Shown here in pieces: positions 39,701-48,792 of a stretch of DNA of 64,000 nucleotides (position 1 is its first letter; every line of letters begins with the position of its first letter). A program made the position numbers and the translations under genes. The notes under the pieces were generated by a model. That model had not been told where the DNA came from. It saw only the letters and a list, made by a program, of their open reading frames with translations, and made no database searches. Source of the DNA: Candidatus Latescibacterota bacterium (GTDB lineage: Bacteria > Latescibacterota > UBA2968); assembly GCA_965208125.1 (NCBI GenBank), contig OZ242320.1, positions 2,560,001-2,624,000 of the forward strand, in the 5' to 3' direction.

Positions 39701-39905
39701 GAAACTGAACTGCACGGGGGGAATGGTCGTTAGGATTTTGTCTAAATCGTCTCTCTAAAGCATCCTCGGCGTTCTGTAATAACTCATATATGAAATGGGA
39801 TCTATCGCTGTATAACTGTTCAGAGATGAGTTGCCCAATATCGTCAAATTCTTCGCCGCGCCGGCGTATATTGTCTTCGCAGATTTTTTTGTAGTTACTT
39901 GGCAT
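36711..39905 (-). CDS. Sacsin-like GHKL (Hsp90-type) ATPase with a C-terminal degenerate HNH/Zn-binding domain
   Basis: HFIYELLQNAEDA, IGKFGIGFKSVYAF, YFPT..GFLIQGPY; C-terminal CQIC...EAVE...LALCPEC. Confidence 0.85.
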   Translation of the reverse strand: MPSNYKKICEDNIRRRGEEFDDIGQLISEQLYSDRSHFIYELLQNAEDALERRFRQNPNDHSPRAVQFRLFCDRLEFRHFGVPFNEEDVRGISDVLKGTKKEDFVQIGKFGIGFKSVYAFTASPEIHSGDEHFVIKRYIRPEAREPNRCLSIASGETVFVFPFDHKNLSANQAFDLILNKLRELGPRVLLFLRRIDEIKWSVEPDGEQGQYLKETKKDNSCKTAHRVTVIGEKNDQDEEENWLLFERSVIAPDNSNHVHIEIGFKLEFNQEDNTEYIRKINDSPVVVYFPTEKPTKLGFLIQGPYRTTPARDNILRDDDWNKKLINETAELVAESLRQLKEMRLLSVPLLESLPIKFEDNWYYKSSPEDALRNFYKEFYPIFSRVRKALMKEELLPANDGTFVAARNAKLVRGAALLKILNQEQLGVLFQSNSEIKWLSDEITQDRTPDLRSYLMQELDIEEVDPEVFARNLSEQFLASQDDEWFIRFYEYLSEQNALWRPPRWEYDEGGILRNKPILRLQDGSHVNPFRHGGLPNAYLVVGTDTKTSLPIVKVELLDHQGTRSFLEKLGIPELDLVAEVVEKILPKYREDSVKIESEENKHDLKKIERAYKTDSQEKKERLQKQLRATPFILAECPSLGKTIYRKPDQVYFGSDNLRMYFSSNDSFACINLDHPQSALFKNLEVSKTVRVNRREKNREGHISIESRHGHHKRGLNGFDPGMRIDGLEYAMANPSPEKSTFIWNEIAIPNSDCIRGIVEISTRQSYERSDKNQQISEFGKLLTTNEWLPDSNGKMHKPSELTLDNLPESFFRDEKLADQLGMKKNVIAKLAEEVGISTEDIELLRQDPEGFRQWKAEKELKEKKETFPERSSANLERRKKRLWDQVKDAPEKEYEKQEGSNRTRRGEIEPDIYLRNQYTNQHDQLICQICKEEMPFKKRDGEYYFEAVEALSGDYFPKEHEAQFLALCPECAARYKEFVKRDEIALSELHNALKDSDKLEVLLKLGELETSLRFVETHRQDMKTILQVSVVDRSNTWSEQDQKDLTTASFKYAEALYPEEEDLV

Positions 39906-39948
39906 GATGCCTCCTTCTTTTTAAGCTGTTCCCAATCTCACTAAGTAT

Positions 39949-40566
39949 CTACGAATCTGTAAGTTCAACTGAAATTTCAAGATGAAGTACCTTGGCAACA
40001 TCTTGAATATATCTTGCCTTCTGTTCCGTGCCGGAATGCGTTTCAATAAAGTATCCATCTATTTTTCGTACCTGTCCTGCTGATTCATTTTCTTTACGCG
40101 ATACAATCGGATGGCCACCATGACTCCTGATTGACTTCAATTCCGAAACTTGCTCTAAGCCAATATATTGGAAAGACTTGATGAAAGTATCTACTGCCTT
40201 GTTTTCAAAAATAACCGTTCCATCGGGAAACACAACTCGTAGCTTCTTCGGGGAAGATGTTTTTCCGCCCTTGAGTTTTTTCAGATGGCGGTCTATGTCT
40301 CTTGCTAAGGTTGAGAGTTCATTCGCCAAATCAGTTAACTTTTTTATTTTTTCCGAAGCACTGATAAATTCCTCAAGAGATTTTTTTTCTGATTTTATGT
40401 CTGGTGATATAGGTATGTCCAGTTTTTTTAGCTGATCAATTACCTTTATGATTTCGCGGTATCTTGTTGTTGCTGTCTCCAAAGGAACTGTATCTGGAGA
40501 TGAAAGTGATTCTTCAACCCAAGCTCTTAACTGATGAACCATTTGGAAAGGATTGTAATTATCCAT
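39949..40566 (-). CDS. Hypothetical protein: N-terminal coiled coil plus a putative DNA-binding domain
   Basis: Separated from the helicase stop by 1 bp; helical N-half; C-half LRVVFPDGTVI..DTF..IG..YFIETHSGTEQK. Confidence 0.7.
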   Translation of the reverse strand: MDNYNPFQMVHQLRAWVEESLSSPDTVPLETATTRYREIIKVIDQLKKLDIPISPDIKSEKKSLEEFISASEKIKKLTDLANELSTLARDIDRHLKKLKGGKTSSPKKLRVVFPDGTVIFENKAVDTFIKSFQYIGLEQVSELKSIRSHGGHPIVSRKENESAGQVRKIDGYFIETHSGTEQKARYIQDVAKVLHLEISVELTDS

Positions 40567-40567
40567 C

Positions 40568-43500
40568 TTATGCCTCTTCTATGGTTAAGGTTCCATACGC
40601 CACTGGTTCAGCGATAACGTCTGCTTTCTCTAGGGCATTATCCAATTCTTGGATGCGTCTATCGTAGTCAGCGGTTGCGCTCTTGATCTGTGATTGACGC
40701 ATCCTTTGTATTTTTTCGTCGTTTGCCTGTGCAAATTGTTCGACAAGAAGTGCCATGCGTGCCTGGTGGCTCGTTGACAGGCTCTCTTTTCGGTACTTCG
40801 CTAACTCCTGATTCCGTTGCTGATGATCTGTGCGTTCTATGGACCACAACTTATAATGATGAGCGTCTAATTCATCCCAAACAGCAGCGTTGCTTCTGTT
40901 CTGGCTATCTGCATCCACTGCTTGCTCAAGAAGATGACTCAAGTGAGGTGTTACTGCCTCTGAAGGGGCAATTGGCTTGAGCATCAAGTCCTCCCTGATG
41001 CCCTGGAACCGCCATTGGTAAATAGCAAATTCATAACGGCCGACAGGTACTTCATTGGTCTGTGTCTTCAGGCTTACGATGACTCGTTCCTTCGTATCCA
41101 ATGACTTCGCCGCCTGTTTTACCAAGGGATGGAGCGGCATGACAAAAGCGGCCTCGGGGTGCTGCGTGGCGCAGTCTTGATCAAAGGTTATGGATAAGTG
41201 AGGGTCTCCGCCCTTCAGCCAATTCTCCCAATCGCGATAGCCCGTCGTATTCTGTCGGGGAAGTTGCCGAAAGTCACGCAATAGAATATTGCGTGCATCT
41301 TGTGAAAGACGAAGCGTTTTCAAGGGCCTTTCTCCAAGAATAAAGGCATGAGCTTTCCCACATTTTCGCTGTAGATAGAGCGCGACAAGCCTTTGTAGGG
41401 AAGTCGGCTCCAACCAAAAGCTTGAGGCACCTTTAATTTCTTTCTCCATCTGGTCTTCAGGAAGACGAATACCGAAGAGCTCCATTTGTTTCTGTTCCAG
41501 TTTATCTTGTTCTTGTATCAATCGAATCTTGTTATCTGCTAACTGCTGCAACTTAGCTCTTCGATCCTCTTCGGTCAAAGAATAATTCTCCGCTATATTT
41601 TTGACCTCTCTGGTGATTTCCCCGAGTATTTCTTCGCTGCTGCCAAGAGCATTATTGAACACGCCTATGCGAACAAGACAACGCTCATAAATGTCTGCGT
41701 CAACTGTTCCGGGAGTGATCAAATTGACAATAGCGACGGTCTCGCTCTGCTGACCCTTGCGGTCAATGCGACCAATCCGTTGTTCAACGCGCATTGGATT
41801 CCACGGTAGATCATAATTCACAATACAATCGCAAAACTGGTAGTCCAATCCTTCGCAGCCGATTTCTGAAAACAATAAGACATCAAGAGTGTCGCTATCC
41901 TCCCGCGGCTTCTCAAAACGGCTCCGAAGCGCAACTCGCTCTTCATCGGGCGTCCCGCCGTGAATCATGCCGACGCGAACGCCATCTGCTTTGAGATGTT
42001 TATAAAGATAGCCAAGTGTGTGTCGAAAGCTACTAAATAGCATAATTTTGTTGTTGGACAAGCTCTGTTTTTCCCGGATGACTTTGCGAAGGGCCTCCAA
42101 CTTTGGATCATAGGGATCAAGAGATCGTGTCTTCTCGAGTATTACTTGGATTTGCGATTGGATGGAACCAATGTCATCGCTTGATGGGACAGATCTCATA
42201 TCGTCGGCTTCGTCCCATTCTAATTCGTCGAGATGGCGACTTAAAATATCCTTGAGAAAAGGAGCTAATCCATACAAACAACTCGCGGCTTGTCGTCGGA
42301 TCGTGGTCATCATGAATTTGACGTTGATATCCCCATGGAGCCTACGGAATATCTCTGCTTGTACCTGGAGCAAGTCGTAGTGAAGTTGTTGCTGTGAAGC
42401 GGTAAATGGAACGTTGACGGTTTCCGGTTTTCTAATGGTAAACGTGCCGATATCTCGCCGCCGCGTTCTGTTGATAATTCCCGAGAACGTATGCAATGAT
42501 TCAATATCAGTGATGAGTTGCACCCTTTCATCGGCGGCAATACGACCTCCAGCCAGTCGTTCATGGATTCGTTTAAATTCAGGATTATTGCGGAGAATCG
42601 CCCGACCCCAAGACGTTGCGGCTGCCTGGTCAAGGGCTTCTATGGTCCGCGCTGTCCAATCTTGCTCCTGTGTACGTACATAATCCACAGCTTGGTTGAT
42701 GAATGGGTTTGGCTTTGCCATGTGTTCAAAGCTCTCATGATCCAGGATGAGATCGGAACGGAGCGTGTTCAGCAGAACAAATAAGTCATGGCTGCCAAGC
42801 TGTATAGGCGTAGCGGTCAAAAATATCGCGGCTTCGGCGTGGTCGCAGAAAAATCGCACGGCTTGATGAGAGTAAGTACTCTGATTGCGAATATGGTGGG
42901 CTTCATCGACAATCACAAGGTCGAATCGTGGAGGTGGATCCAAGTCCAGCAGACCTTTTCTGCTTTTTCCTCTACCCCTTCTTTTTGAACCGTGAAGGAG
43001 CACCTCGTCAAATAACGAGTAAGGAAGAATTGTTCGCTGGTGTTGTTGGGGCCATACGCCTTCCAGGTCCATTTCCTTGATACAGGATCTCAAGATAGGT
43101 CCATTGAGATGAGTGAAACGCTCGTCAAATCGTTTCATCTCGTTCTCCCATTTGCGTTCGGTCACCAATGGGCGTGGACATATAATGAGGACAGAGTTGA
43201 TGTCACGTCTGGCTTGCAACTCCCGTAGGATCAATCCAGCCTCAATGGTCTTGCCTACACCCACGCCATCTGCGATCAGTAGTCTCGGACGGTCTGATCG
43301 AATGAATCTTAGCACTGGGCGAAACTGGTAGGGTATAAAGTCAACGCGAGCCGCGTTGAGTGAATACAAGTTTGATAGGCTCGGATGCTGTATTTGTAGG
43401 GCGGTCAAGTAGGCGTGGAACTGATCGCGCGAAAGAGATTGAAAGTCGTCTTCGGGTTGCTCTCCGGCCTTCAACTGAGAAGCGTAATACGTGTGGATAT

Positions 43501-43624
43501 TTCCCTCTGTAAAAACCCTAACCCGATCCTCATTCCCACCCGGCAATACCTCAACAACCGCTCCCTTCACAGAAGAATCGGACTTCAAGACCACAATTTG
43601 TCCCTGTGAAAATTCCATCTCCAT
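40568..43624 (-). CDS. SNF2-family (RapA/DrmD-like) helicase
   Basis: FIPYQ, ADGVGVGKTIEAG, DEAHH, LTATP, EGLDYQ, NYDLPWNPMRVEQRIGRIDR. Confidence 0.93.
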   Translation of the reverse strand: MEMEFSQGQIVVLKSDSSVKGAVVEVLPGGNEDRVRVFTEGNIHTYYASQLKAGEQPEDDFQSLSRDQFHAYLTALQIQHPSLSNLYSLNAARVDFIPYQFRPVLRFIRSDRPRLLIADGVGVGKTIEAGLILRELQARRDINSVLIICPRPLVTERKWENEMKRFDERFTHLNGPILRSCIKEMDLEGVWPQQHQRTILPYSLFDEVLLHGSKRRGRGKSRKGLLDLDPPPRFDLVIVDEAHHIRNQSTYSHQAVRFFCDHAEAAIFLTATPIQLGSHDLFVLLNTLRSDLILDHESFEHMAKPNPFINQAVDYVRTQEQDWTARTIEALDQAAATSWGRAILRNNPEFKRIHERLAGGRIAADERVQLITDIESLHTFSGIINRTRRRDIGTFTIRKPETVNVPFTASQQQLHYDLLQVQAEIFRRLHGDINVKFMMTTIRRQAASCLYGLAPFLKDILSRHLDELEWDEADDMRSVPSSDDIGSIQSQIQVILEKTRSLDPYDPKLEALRKVIREKQSLSNNKIMLFSSFRHTLGYLYKHLKADGVRVGMIHGGTPDEERVALRSRFEKPREDSDTLDVLLFSEIGCEGLDYQFCDCIVNYDLPWNPMRVEQRIGRIDRKGQQSETVAIVNLITPGTVDADIYERCLVRIGVFNNALGSSEEILGEITREVKNIAENYSLTEEDRRAKLQQLADNKIRLIQEQDKLEQKQMELFGIRLPEDQMEKEIKGASSFWLEPTSLQRLVALYLQRKCGKAHAFILGERPLKTLRLSQDARNILLRDFRQLPRQNTTGYRDWENWLKGGDPHLSITFDQDCATQHPEAAFVMPLHPLVKQAAKSLDTKERVIVSLKTQTNEVPVGRYEFAIYQWRFQGIREDLMLKPIAPSEAVTPHLSHLLEQAVDADSQNRSNAAVWDELDAHHYKLWSIERTDHQQRNQELAKYRKESLSTSHQARMALLVEQFAQANDEKIQRMRQSQIKSATADYDRRIQELDNALEKADVIAEPVAYGTLTIEEA

Positions 43625-43639
43625 TATTTATCTTCCTAT

Positions 43640-43802
43640 TGAGTTTGGTGGTGAGTTTCTCTGCCAATTCATCCAGTATTTCTGGACAGGTTAATCCTTC
43701 AATTTTGCCCTGTCGTGTCAGTTCAAGACAGCGATATGGGTTACCTCCCCAGCCGATACCAGACAACAGAATGTTTGTATCATAAACGACTATGGGTTGC
43801 AT
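43640..43802 (-). pseudogene. 3'-truncated PIN-domain toxin
   Basis: MQPIVVYDTNILLS..CPEILDELAEKLTTKL; similarity ends after ~54 aa at the helicase leader (PIN toxins are ~130-140 aa). Confidence 0.75.
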
Positions 43803-44047
43803 TCACGATCCTCATGGATGAGGTCATCGACAAAATTCTCGCGTTCTGCTTCGCTCATCGTGTCCCAATCCAATCCCCGAGACGCACATAACTTTCGAAA
43901 CTGCGTTTCGGCATAGTCCATGCCTTCCGCCCGACTGGTTTCTGCCTGTTCTGCAAGCGCGAGTAATACTGCTCGCTTCTCTTCCGGCGGTATCTGCTGG
44001 ACAAAATCAATGACCTGATCGGTTGTTAATTCAAGGGTCAAATTCAT
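43790..44047 (-). CDS. Small antitoxin-like protein
   Basis: 85 aa, LELTTDQVIDFVQQIP..WDTMSEAERE; overlaps the PIN toxin start. Confidence 0.7.
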   Translation of the reverse strand: MNLTLELTTDQVIDFVQQIPPEEKRAVLLALAEQAETSRAEGMDYAETQFRKLCASRGLDWDTMSEAERENFVDDLIHEDRECNP

Positions 44048-44093
44048 GTCAATCCATGTATTGAGAAAGTTTAGTTAGCCGCAGCCAGTGGCT

Positions 44094-45155
44094 TCACAGC
44101 CGAATCCAATCTGATAGGTTCTCGTGCTGGAAGATCATGGTCTCCTGGATGTTCGACATCCGCCCCTTTCCCGCTTCTTTGGCTCGTTGGTACATCGCAT
44201 AAGCAATAGCGACATCGACATAGGCCAGGCCAACTGCGTTGAAGTAGGCCCGTTCTCCGGGGGTCTCTCTTCCTCCTTTTTCACCGGAGACGACTTCGAC
44301 GAGGTTCGCGTAGATGTCTTCGTCCGAAAGTTGCCCATCTTTGTACATACGACTGAGCGTTTGCGTTCTGTGCTTTACGGTTTCCCAATCGTCGCACACA
44401 ATTTTGTCGCATTGTCTCGCCACGTCGTATTCGTCCTCCCAGCCGCCGATATGGCTGTAGAAAGTTCCGGGCTTTATCCATGCCGCTTTGAGAAGTGGGG
44501 CTTGTGCGCTCGTGGCTGTGACGAGAATGTCGGCGCCCTCTATGGCCCGCTGTGCGTTTGTATGGGCTGCGGAAAAACGCATGTCGCGAAAGAGTGTCGC
44601 CATTTCGTTGATGAATTGCTGCTCTTCGTGGTCATGCTTGGCAGAGACCCGGCACTCCTCAAGGCCTGGAAACACCGTCTTCATGGCGATCAAGTGCATC
44701 TTGGCCTGTTCTCCTGCCCCAATGAAGGCAATGCTCTTAGAATCCGGCCTTGCGAAATGCCTGGCGGCAATGGCTCCCATCGCGCCTACGCGCATATTCG
44801 AGCACAGTGTGCCGTCCATAAAGGCAATGGGGTAGCCTTTCTCGATCTCGGATAGGATGAAGACTGCGGAGAGATTCTGCTGGCCGTATTTCTCGGGATT
44901 GAACGGGAATACGGATACCCACTTAGCCCCACATATTTTTTCGGGCAAGAGTGTTGCCGGCAGGCAGTTAATGCGATCCTGGGTGTCTTCATTGAAGATC
45001 TGAACTACTTTTTCTGGAAATAGGATGTCGTTTTTTTGGTAGGCGAGCATGGCGTTTTCCGCCGCGCTTATGGCCAACCGTATGTCCAGGCATCCGGCTT
45101 GCAGGAGGTCTTCTTGAGAAAGAAAGAGACATTCGATGCGATGCTTATCCGTCAT
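44094..45155 (-). CDS. Ornithine cyclodeaminase / mu-crystallin family protein
   Basis: ATG at 45155 after AAGGAG; LFLSQED, GAKWVS, MRVGA, IGAGEQA, ADILVTAT, VGLAYVD. Confidence 0.88.
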   Translation of the reverse strand: MTDKHRIECLFLSQEDLLQAGCLDIRLAISAAENAMLAYQKNDILFPEKVVQIFNEDTQDRINCLPATLLPEKICGAKWVSVFPFNPEKYGQQNLSAVFILSEIEKGYPIAFMDGTLCSNMRVGAMGAIAARHFARPDSKSIAFIGAGEQAKMHLIAMKTVFPGLEECRVSAKHDHEEQQFINEMATLFRDMRFSAAHTNAQRAIEGADILVTATSAQAPLLKAAWIKPGTFYSHIGGWEDEYDVARQCDKIVCDDWETVKHRTQTLSRMYKDGQLSDEDIYANLVEVVSGEKGGRETPGERAYFNAVGLAYVDVAIAYAMYQRAKEAGKGRMSNIQETMIFQHENLSDWIRL

Positions 45156-45168
45156 GGGTTCTCCTTTT

Positions 45169-46209
45169 TTAGAGATTAACGCGCAGATTGCCCGCGTGAT
45201 GCGAGTCCAGTATGCCGAGCATGATCTGAAGTGTTTTTCTGGCTTCGCGTGCGGGCGATACGAGTGTGCCGCCGTTTTCGAGGACGTGGATGAGTTCTGA
45301 GACTGCGCCAATTTGTCGGATCGATATATACGGCTCCACGGGAACCGCTGCATGCGACCACCAGCGCGGCTCTTGTTGTGTGATTACCTCGAATTTCTGA
45401 TCTGAGATTTCAATCCGTCCATTTTCACATGTCAGAGAAAATTTCGATCCGTTAAATGCCATTTTGTGGCAGTTGTAAAATGCGCGGACATCATTGTCAA
45501 AATGGATGTACGCCGATGCATAAGGGTCGGTCGCCGGGTCGTGTCCGCCATCGCCTTTGTATTCGGTGAAGTGCTCGAATCCGGGTTCCAGTTCGCCGAC
45601 CAGCCATTCGGGGTTTGCTTCGGCAAAAAAGCACATCATGTCGATCATGTGCGTGCCGTTGCGGAACATCATGGCGCGCGTTCCGAATTGGTCGCAGACG
45701 ATGGTTCGCAAGCGGCCCATTTCGCCGGATCGGATCATTTCCCGTGCTTGTAGATAGCTCGGATACCAGCGGCGCGTGTGTTCAATCGAGAGCGGTACGT
45801 TATTTGCTTCGGCTGCTGCGATCATGCGGTCGGCGTCGTCCATGGTTGTGGCAATGGGTTTTTCGCACAGGATTGCCTGTGCCGACCCCTCGGCGGCGGC
45901 TACTGTGATATCGGCGTGTGCGTGATCAGATGTCACGACACTGACGAGGTCGGGTTGCTCTTTGTCCAGCATTTCCCTGAAATCTGTGTACGTGTTCACA
46001 TCGGGCCAGACGTCGCCCCATCGCTCGCAGAAGTCATCCAGTACCTCCTGACGCAGGTCGCATACGCCGACGACTTCTGTCTGTGCGTGTTTGTGATATG
46101 CCGATGCGTGAGACGGTGGCATGGCACCGAAAACAGGTCCTCTCGTTTCGTGCGGGCGGCTGGCACCAATGCCCGTCAAGCCTACGATTACAGCGCGGTA
46201 CGTGTTCAT
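45169..46209 (-). CDS. Gfo/Idh/MocA oxidoreductase
   Basis: VGLTGIG, CEKPIA, NGTHMID. Confidence 0.9.
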   Translation of the reverse strand: MNTYRAVIVGLTGIGASRPHETRGPVFGAMPPSHASAYHKHAQTEVVGVCDLRQEVLDDFCERWGDVWPDVNTYTDFREMLDKEQPDLVSVVTSDHAHADITVAAAEGSAQAILCEKPIATTMDDADRMIAAAEANNVPLSIEHTRRWYPSYLQAREMIRSGEMGRLRTIVCDQFGTRAMMFRNGTHMIDMMCFFAEANPEWLVGELEPGFEHFTEYKGDGGHDPATDPYASAYIHFDNDVRAFYNCHKMAFNGSKFSLTCENGRIEISDQKFEVITQQEPRWWSHAAVPVEPYISIRQIGAVSELIHVLENGGTLVSPAREARKTLQIMLGILDSHHAGNLRVNL

Positions 46210-46310
46210 CTTATACCTCCTATTGAAAATAAAAACGATTTGTTTATATTCAAATGGACAAATAGAATGACCAGTTATATATTATGCTAAATTTAAACGG
46301 AGCACACGAT

Positions 46311-46535
46311 ATGAAAACAATTGGAGCCTCAAAGTTCAAGGAGCAGTGTCTGGCCTTGTTGGATCAATTGGATACCGAAGGTTTGGTCGTTACCAAACGC
46401 GGCAAGCCGGTCGCGTGCGTCATACCTTATGACCAATTGTGCGCTGATCTGATCGGCAGTTTGCGTCACAAAGTCAAGGTTCGTGGCGACATCTTTACGA
46501 CCGATGTCCAATGGGAAGCAGATGCTCAATCTTGA
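46311..46535 (+). CDS. Phd/YefM family antitoxin
   Basis: MKTIGASKFKEQCLALLDQL...VVTKRGKPVA. Confidence 0.9.
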   Translation: MKTIGASKFKEQCLALLDQLDTEGLVVTKRGKPVACVIPYDQLCADLIGSLRHKVKVRGDIFTTDVQWEADAQS

Positions 46536-46890
46536 TACGCATATCCTTATCTTCGCGGTCAGTGGCGATCTTCGACCAGCCGAGCAGGCCTTGTTGTCGC
46601 AGAACAGGTGGTCTGTTTCAGCCATTGTGTTCTGGGAACTGGCTAAGCTCGTTCAACTCGGTCGTCTTGATATGGACCTCGATGACCGAGATGTGGTCCG
46701 CACACTGAGCCGTCTGCATGTGTGGCCGATTGATCTTGCTGTTGCGCGTGCCTCAACTCAACTCGACTTTCGAAGCGACCCTGCGGACGAACTTATTGCC
46801 GCTACCAGCGTCGTTCATGATATTCCATTGCTCACACGCGATCGCACCATGCGACGTTCAAAAGTTGTTCCAATGGCCTTGCAGGTCTAA
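46522..46890 (+). CDS. VapC (PIN) toxin
   Basis: MLNLDTHILI, SAIVFWE, DPADELIAATS, LLTRD; overlaps the antitoxin stop. Confidence 0.9.
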   Translation: MLNLDTHILIFAVSGDLRPAEQALLSQNRWSVSAIVFWELAKLVQLGRLDMDLDDRDVVRTLSRLHVWPIDLAVARASTQLDFRSDPADELIAATSVVHDIPLLTRDRTMRRSKVVPMALQV

Positions 46891-46902
46891 TGGTCAGACT
46901 TT

Positions 46903-47952
46903 TCAATCTAGTAAACGATTAACCACATGGTCCTCTGTTGTGATGAGAGGATGTTGTTCATTTTGCAAGGGCAAGGTGACTGGTTCGCCTGTGTGTGCGG
47001 CTTGATAGGCGGCTGTCGTGAGCAGGGCAACGGATAGTCCGTCTTCTGCACTGGTGACGGGTGTTGTGTCTTGTTCGATGCAGTCGATGAGATGCGACAC
47101 ACAGGCCGCCAATCCCGCTGCTCTGGGTGGTGGCGTATCGACGAGTTTTCCGTTGACGGAATATCCCAGTCGATCTACCTGAACCCACGCGCCTTCGCCC
47201 GTGATGTTGACGCAATCGAATGTGGCATCCTCGCTTCGTGCCTTTGATCTTCCTGCGGTGAGTGTTGCCGTGAAATTGGGATATTCACACCAGAGCGTGG
47301 CAATGTCTTCTGTGCCAAATTGCTCGTATTCCTCAAAATAGAGATTTTGCATTTGGCAACTCACCCTGTTGGGCATGCCAAAAAACCAGAGCAGAGCATC
47401 CACAGTATGGCTACCCAAATTCATCAGTTCACCCCCGCCATTTTGCACGGCTGGCGTCGGATAGCTTACATAAGCCATGAGGTCGCCAAAAAATTGTTTT
47501 ACGCTGTTGTGGGCATATGCGGAGATATGTCCGTATTCGCTCCGGTCAAGGGCTTCTTTGAGTCTTATCATCGCGGGCGAAAATCGCGAAGGATAGGTTA
47601 GCAGTACTTTGTTTGATGCGCTGGCGACAGTATCGACTAATTCTCTGGCTTCGACAACGGTTCGCGCGATGGCTTTATCGACCAGTACGTGTTTGCCACA
47701 GTCGAGTGCTTTTTTGATCAGGGTGCGTTTGAGATAAAAGTCCGTGCAGATGGAGACGATATCCACGTTCGGGTCTTCCAGTACTGCGTCGTAGTCTCGC
47801 GCGACTTTAAGGCCGTAAAGTTGAGATAGTGCCTCGCCTTTGCCTTTGTGGTGCTCTGCCGCTGCGACGATTTTGCAATCTTCTCGTTCATGCCAGATCG
47901 GGCCGTAACTATTCTGGTGCGCCCGATTGCCAATGAGTCCAATGCGATACAT
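46903..47952 (-). CDS. Gfo/Idh/MocA oxidoreductase
   Basis: KHVLVDKAIA, GGGELMNLGSHTVD. Confidence 0.85.
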   Translation of the reverse strand: MYRIGLIGNRAHQNSYGPIWHEREDCKIVAAAEHHKGKGEALSQLYGLKVARDYDAVLEDPNVDIVSICTDFYLKRTLIKKALDCGKHVLVDKAIARTVVEARELVDTVASASNKVLLTYPSRFSPAMIRLKEALDRSEYGHISAYAHNSVKQFFGDLMAYVSYPTPAVQNGGGELMNLGSHTVDALLWFFGMPNRVSCQMQNLYFEEYEQFGTEDIATLWCEYPNFTATLTAGRSKARSEDATFDCVNITGEGAWVQVDRLGYSVNGKLVDTPPPRAAGLAACVSHLIDCIEQDTTPVTSAEDGLSVALLTTAAYQAAHTGEPVTLPLQNEQHPLITTEDHVVNRLLD

Positions 47953-47955
47953 GGT

Positions 47956-48777
47956 TTATTTCCCTCCGTAGGTGGGCGATGAAAATTCGGGCTGCTGCGA
48001 CCAGTGGTCAACTTTTCCCATTACCCTGTAGAGTTCGGGGCGCCGGTCGCTCAGATGGTTTTCATCGGATACGTCTTTGAGATCGACTTTGTGGATTAAC
48101 ACGTCGGGTACGTTGGATTGCAATTTTGCCGCGACTTTGCCGTGCGGGTCTGTGACCAGGGCTACGTTGGGATGCGTGAAGCACACAAACATCTGATTTT
48201 CATAGGATCGCGTGCGCATCCACCATTCATTTTCTTCATGCCACATGCCATAGGTTGGCATGAGACAGATTTTCGCGCCTTTGAGCCGCAATGTGCGAAT
48301 CGATTCGGGCCATCGGCGGTCCGCGCAAATGACTATGCCTACTGTGCCAATGTCGAGGTCGAATACGGGCAGGTCATCGCCGCGCACAAAACGGTGATCG
48401 TGCGATTGTAGATGCGTTTTGTAATATGTGCCGACAATTTTTCCCGCGCGGTTCACTAATATAGCGGCATTGTAAAAATATCCCGCGCGTTTTTCAGTGT
48501 ATCCAAAAACGATGTGGGTGCGCGATGCGCGTGCCATTTTGCATACCTGTTGGATGTACGCGCTTTGCTCGACGTCCTGAGCGACTTCGGCAAAGCGCTC
48601 TGCGGTCCAATTTTTTTCGGTTACTGCATATCCGTCCAGGAAGCATTCCGGGGTTATGAATACGTCTGTATCTTTTCCATGTGTTTCAAATTGTTTTTCA
48701 AATATCGTCCAATTTTTCTCGACATTCCATTTTTCGGGCATGGCTTTCAGCATTCCAATTTTGATTTTATCGGACAT
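47956..48777 (-). CDS. Carbon-nitrogen hydrolase (nitrilase superfamily)
   Basis: Glu-Lys-Cys triad: TPEC, YYKTHL, ICADRRWPE; RRPELY. Confidence 0.92.
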   Translation of the reverse strand: MSDKIKIGMLKAMPEKWNVEKNWTIFEKQFETHGKDTDVFITPECFLDGYAVTEKNWTAERFAEVAQDVEQSAYIQQVCKMARASRTHIVFGYTEKRAGYFYNAAILVNRAGKIVGTYYKTHLQSHDHRFVRGDDLPVFDLDIGTVGIVICADRRWPESIRTLRLKGAKICLMPTYGMWHEENEWWMRTRSYENQMFVCFTHPNVALVTDPHGKVAAKLQSNVPDVLIHKVDLKDVSDENHLSDRRPELYRVMGKVDHWSQQPEFSSPTYGGK

Positions 48778-48792
48778 ATGGTTTCTCCTTAG

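Noticed and set aside
40568-43624. DISARM or Zorya assignment
   Set aside because: No DrmA/B/C, methylase or ZorA/B genes are present
46284-46890. Phd-VapC pair as a novel system
   Set aside because: Ordinary intact type II TA module
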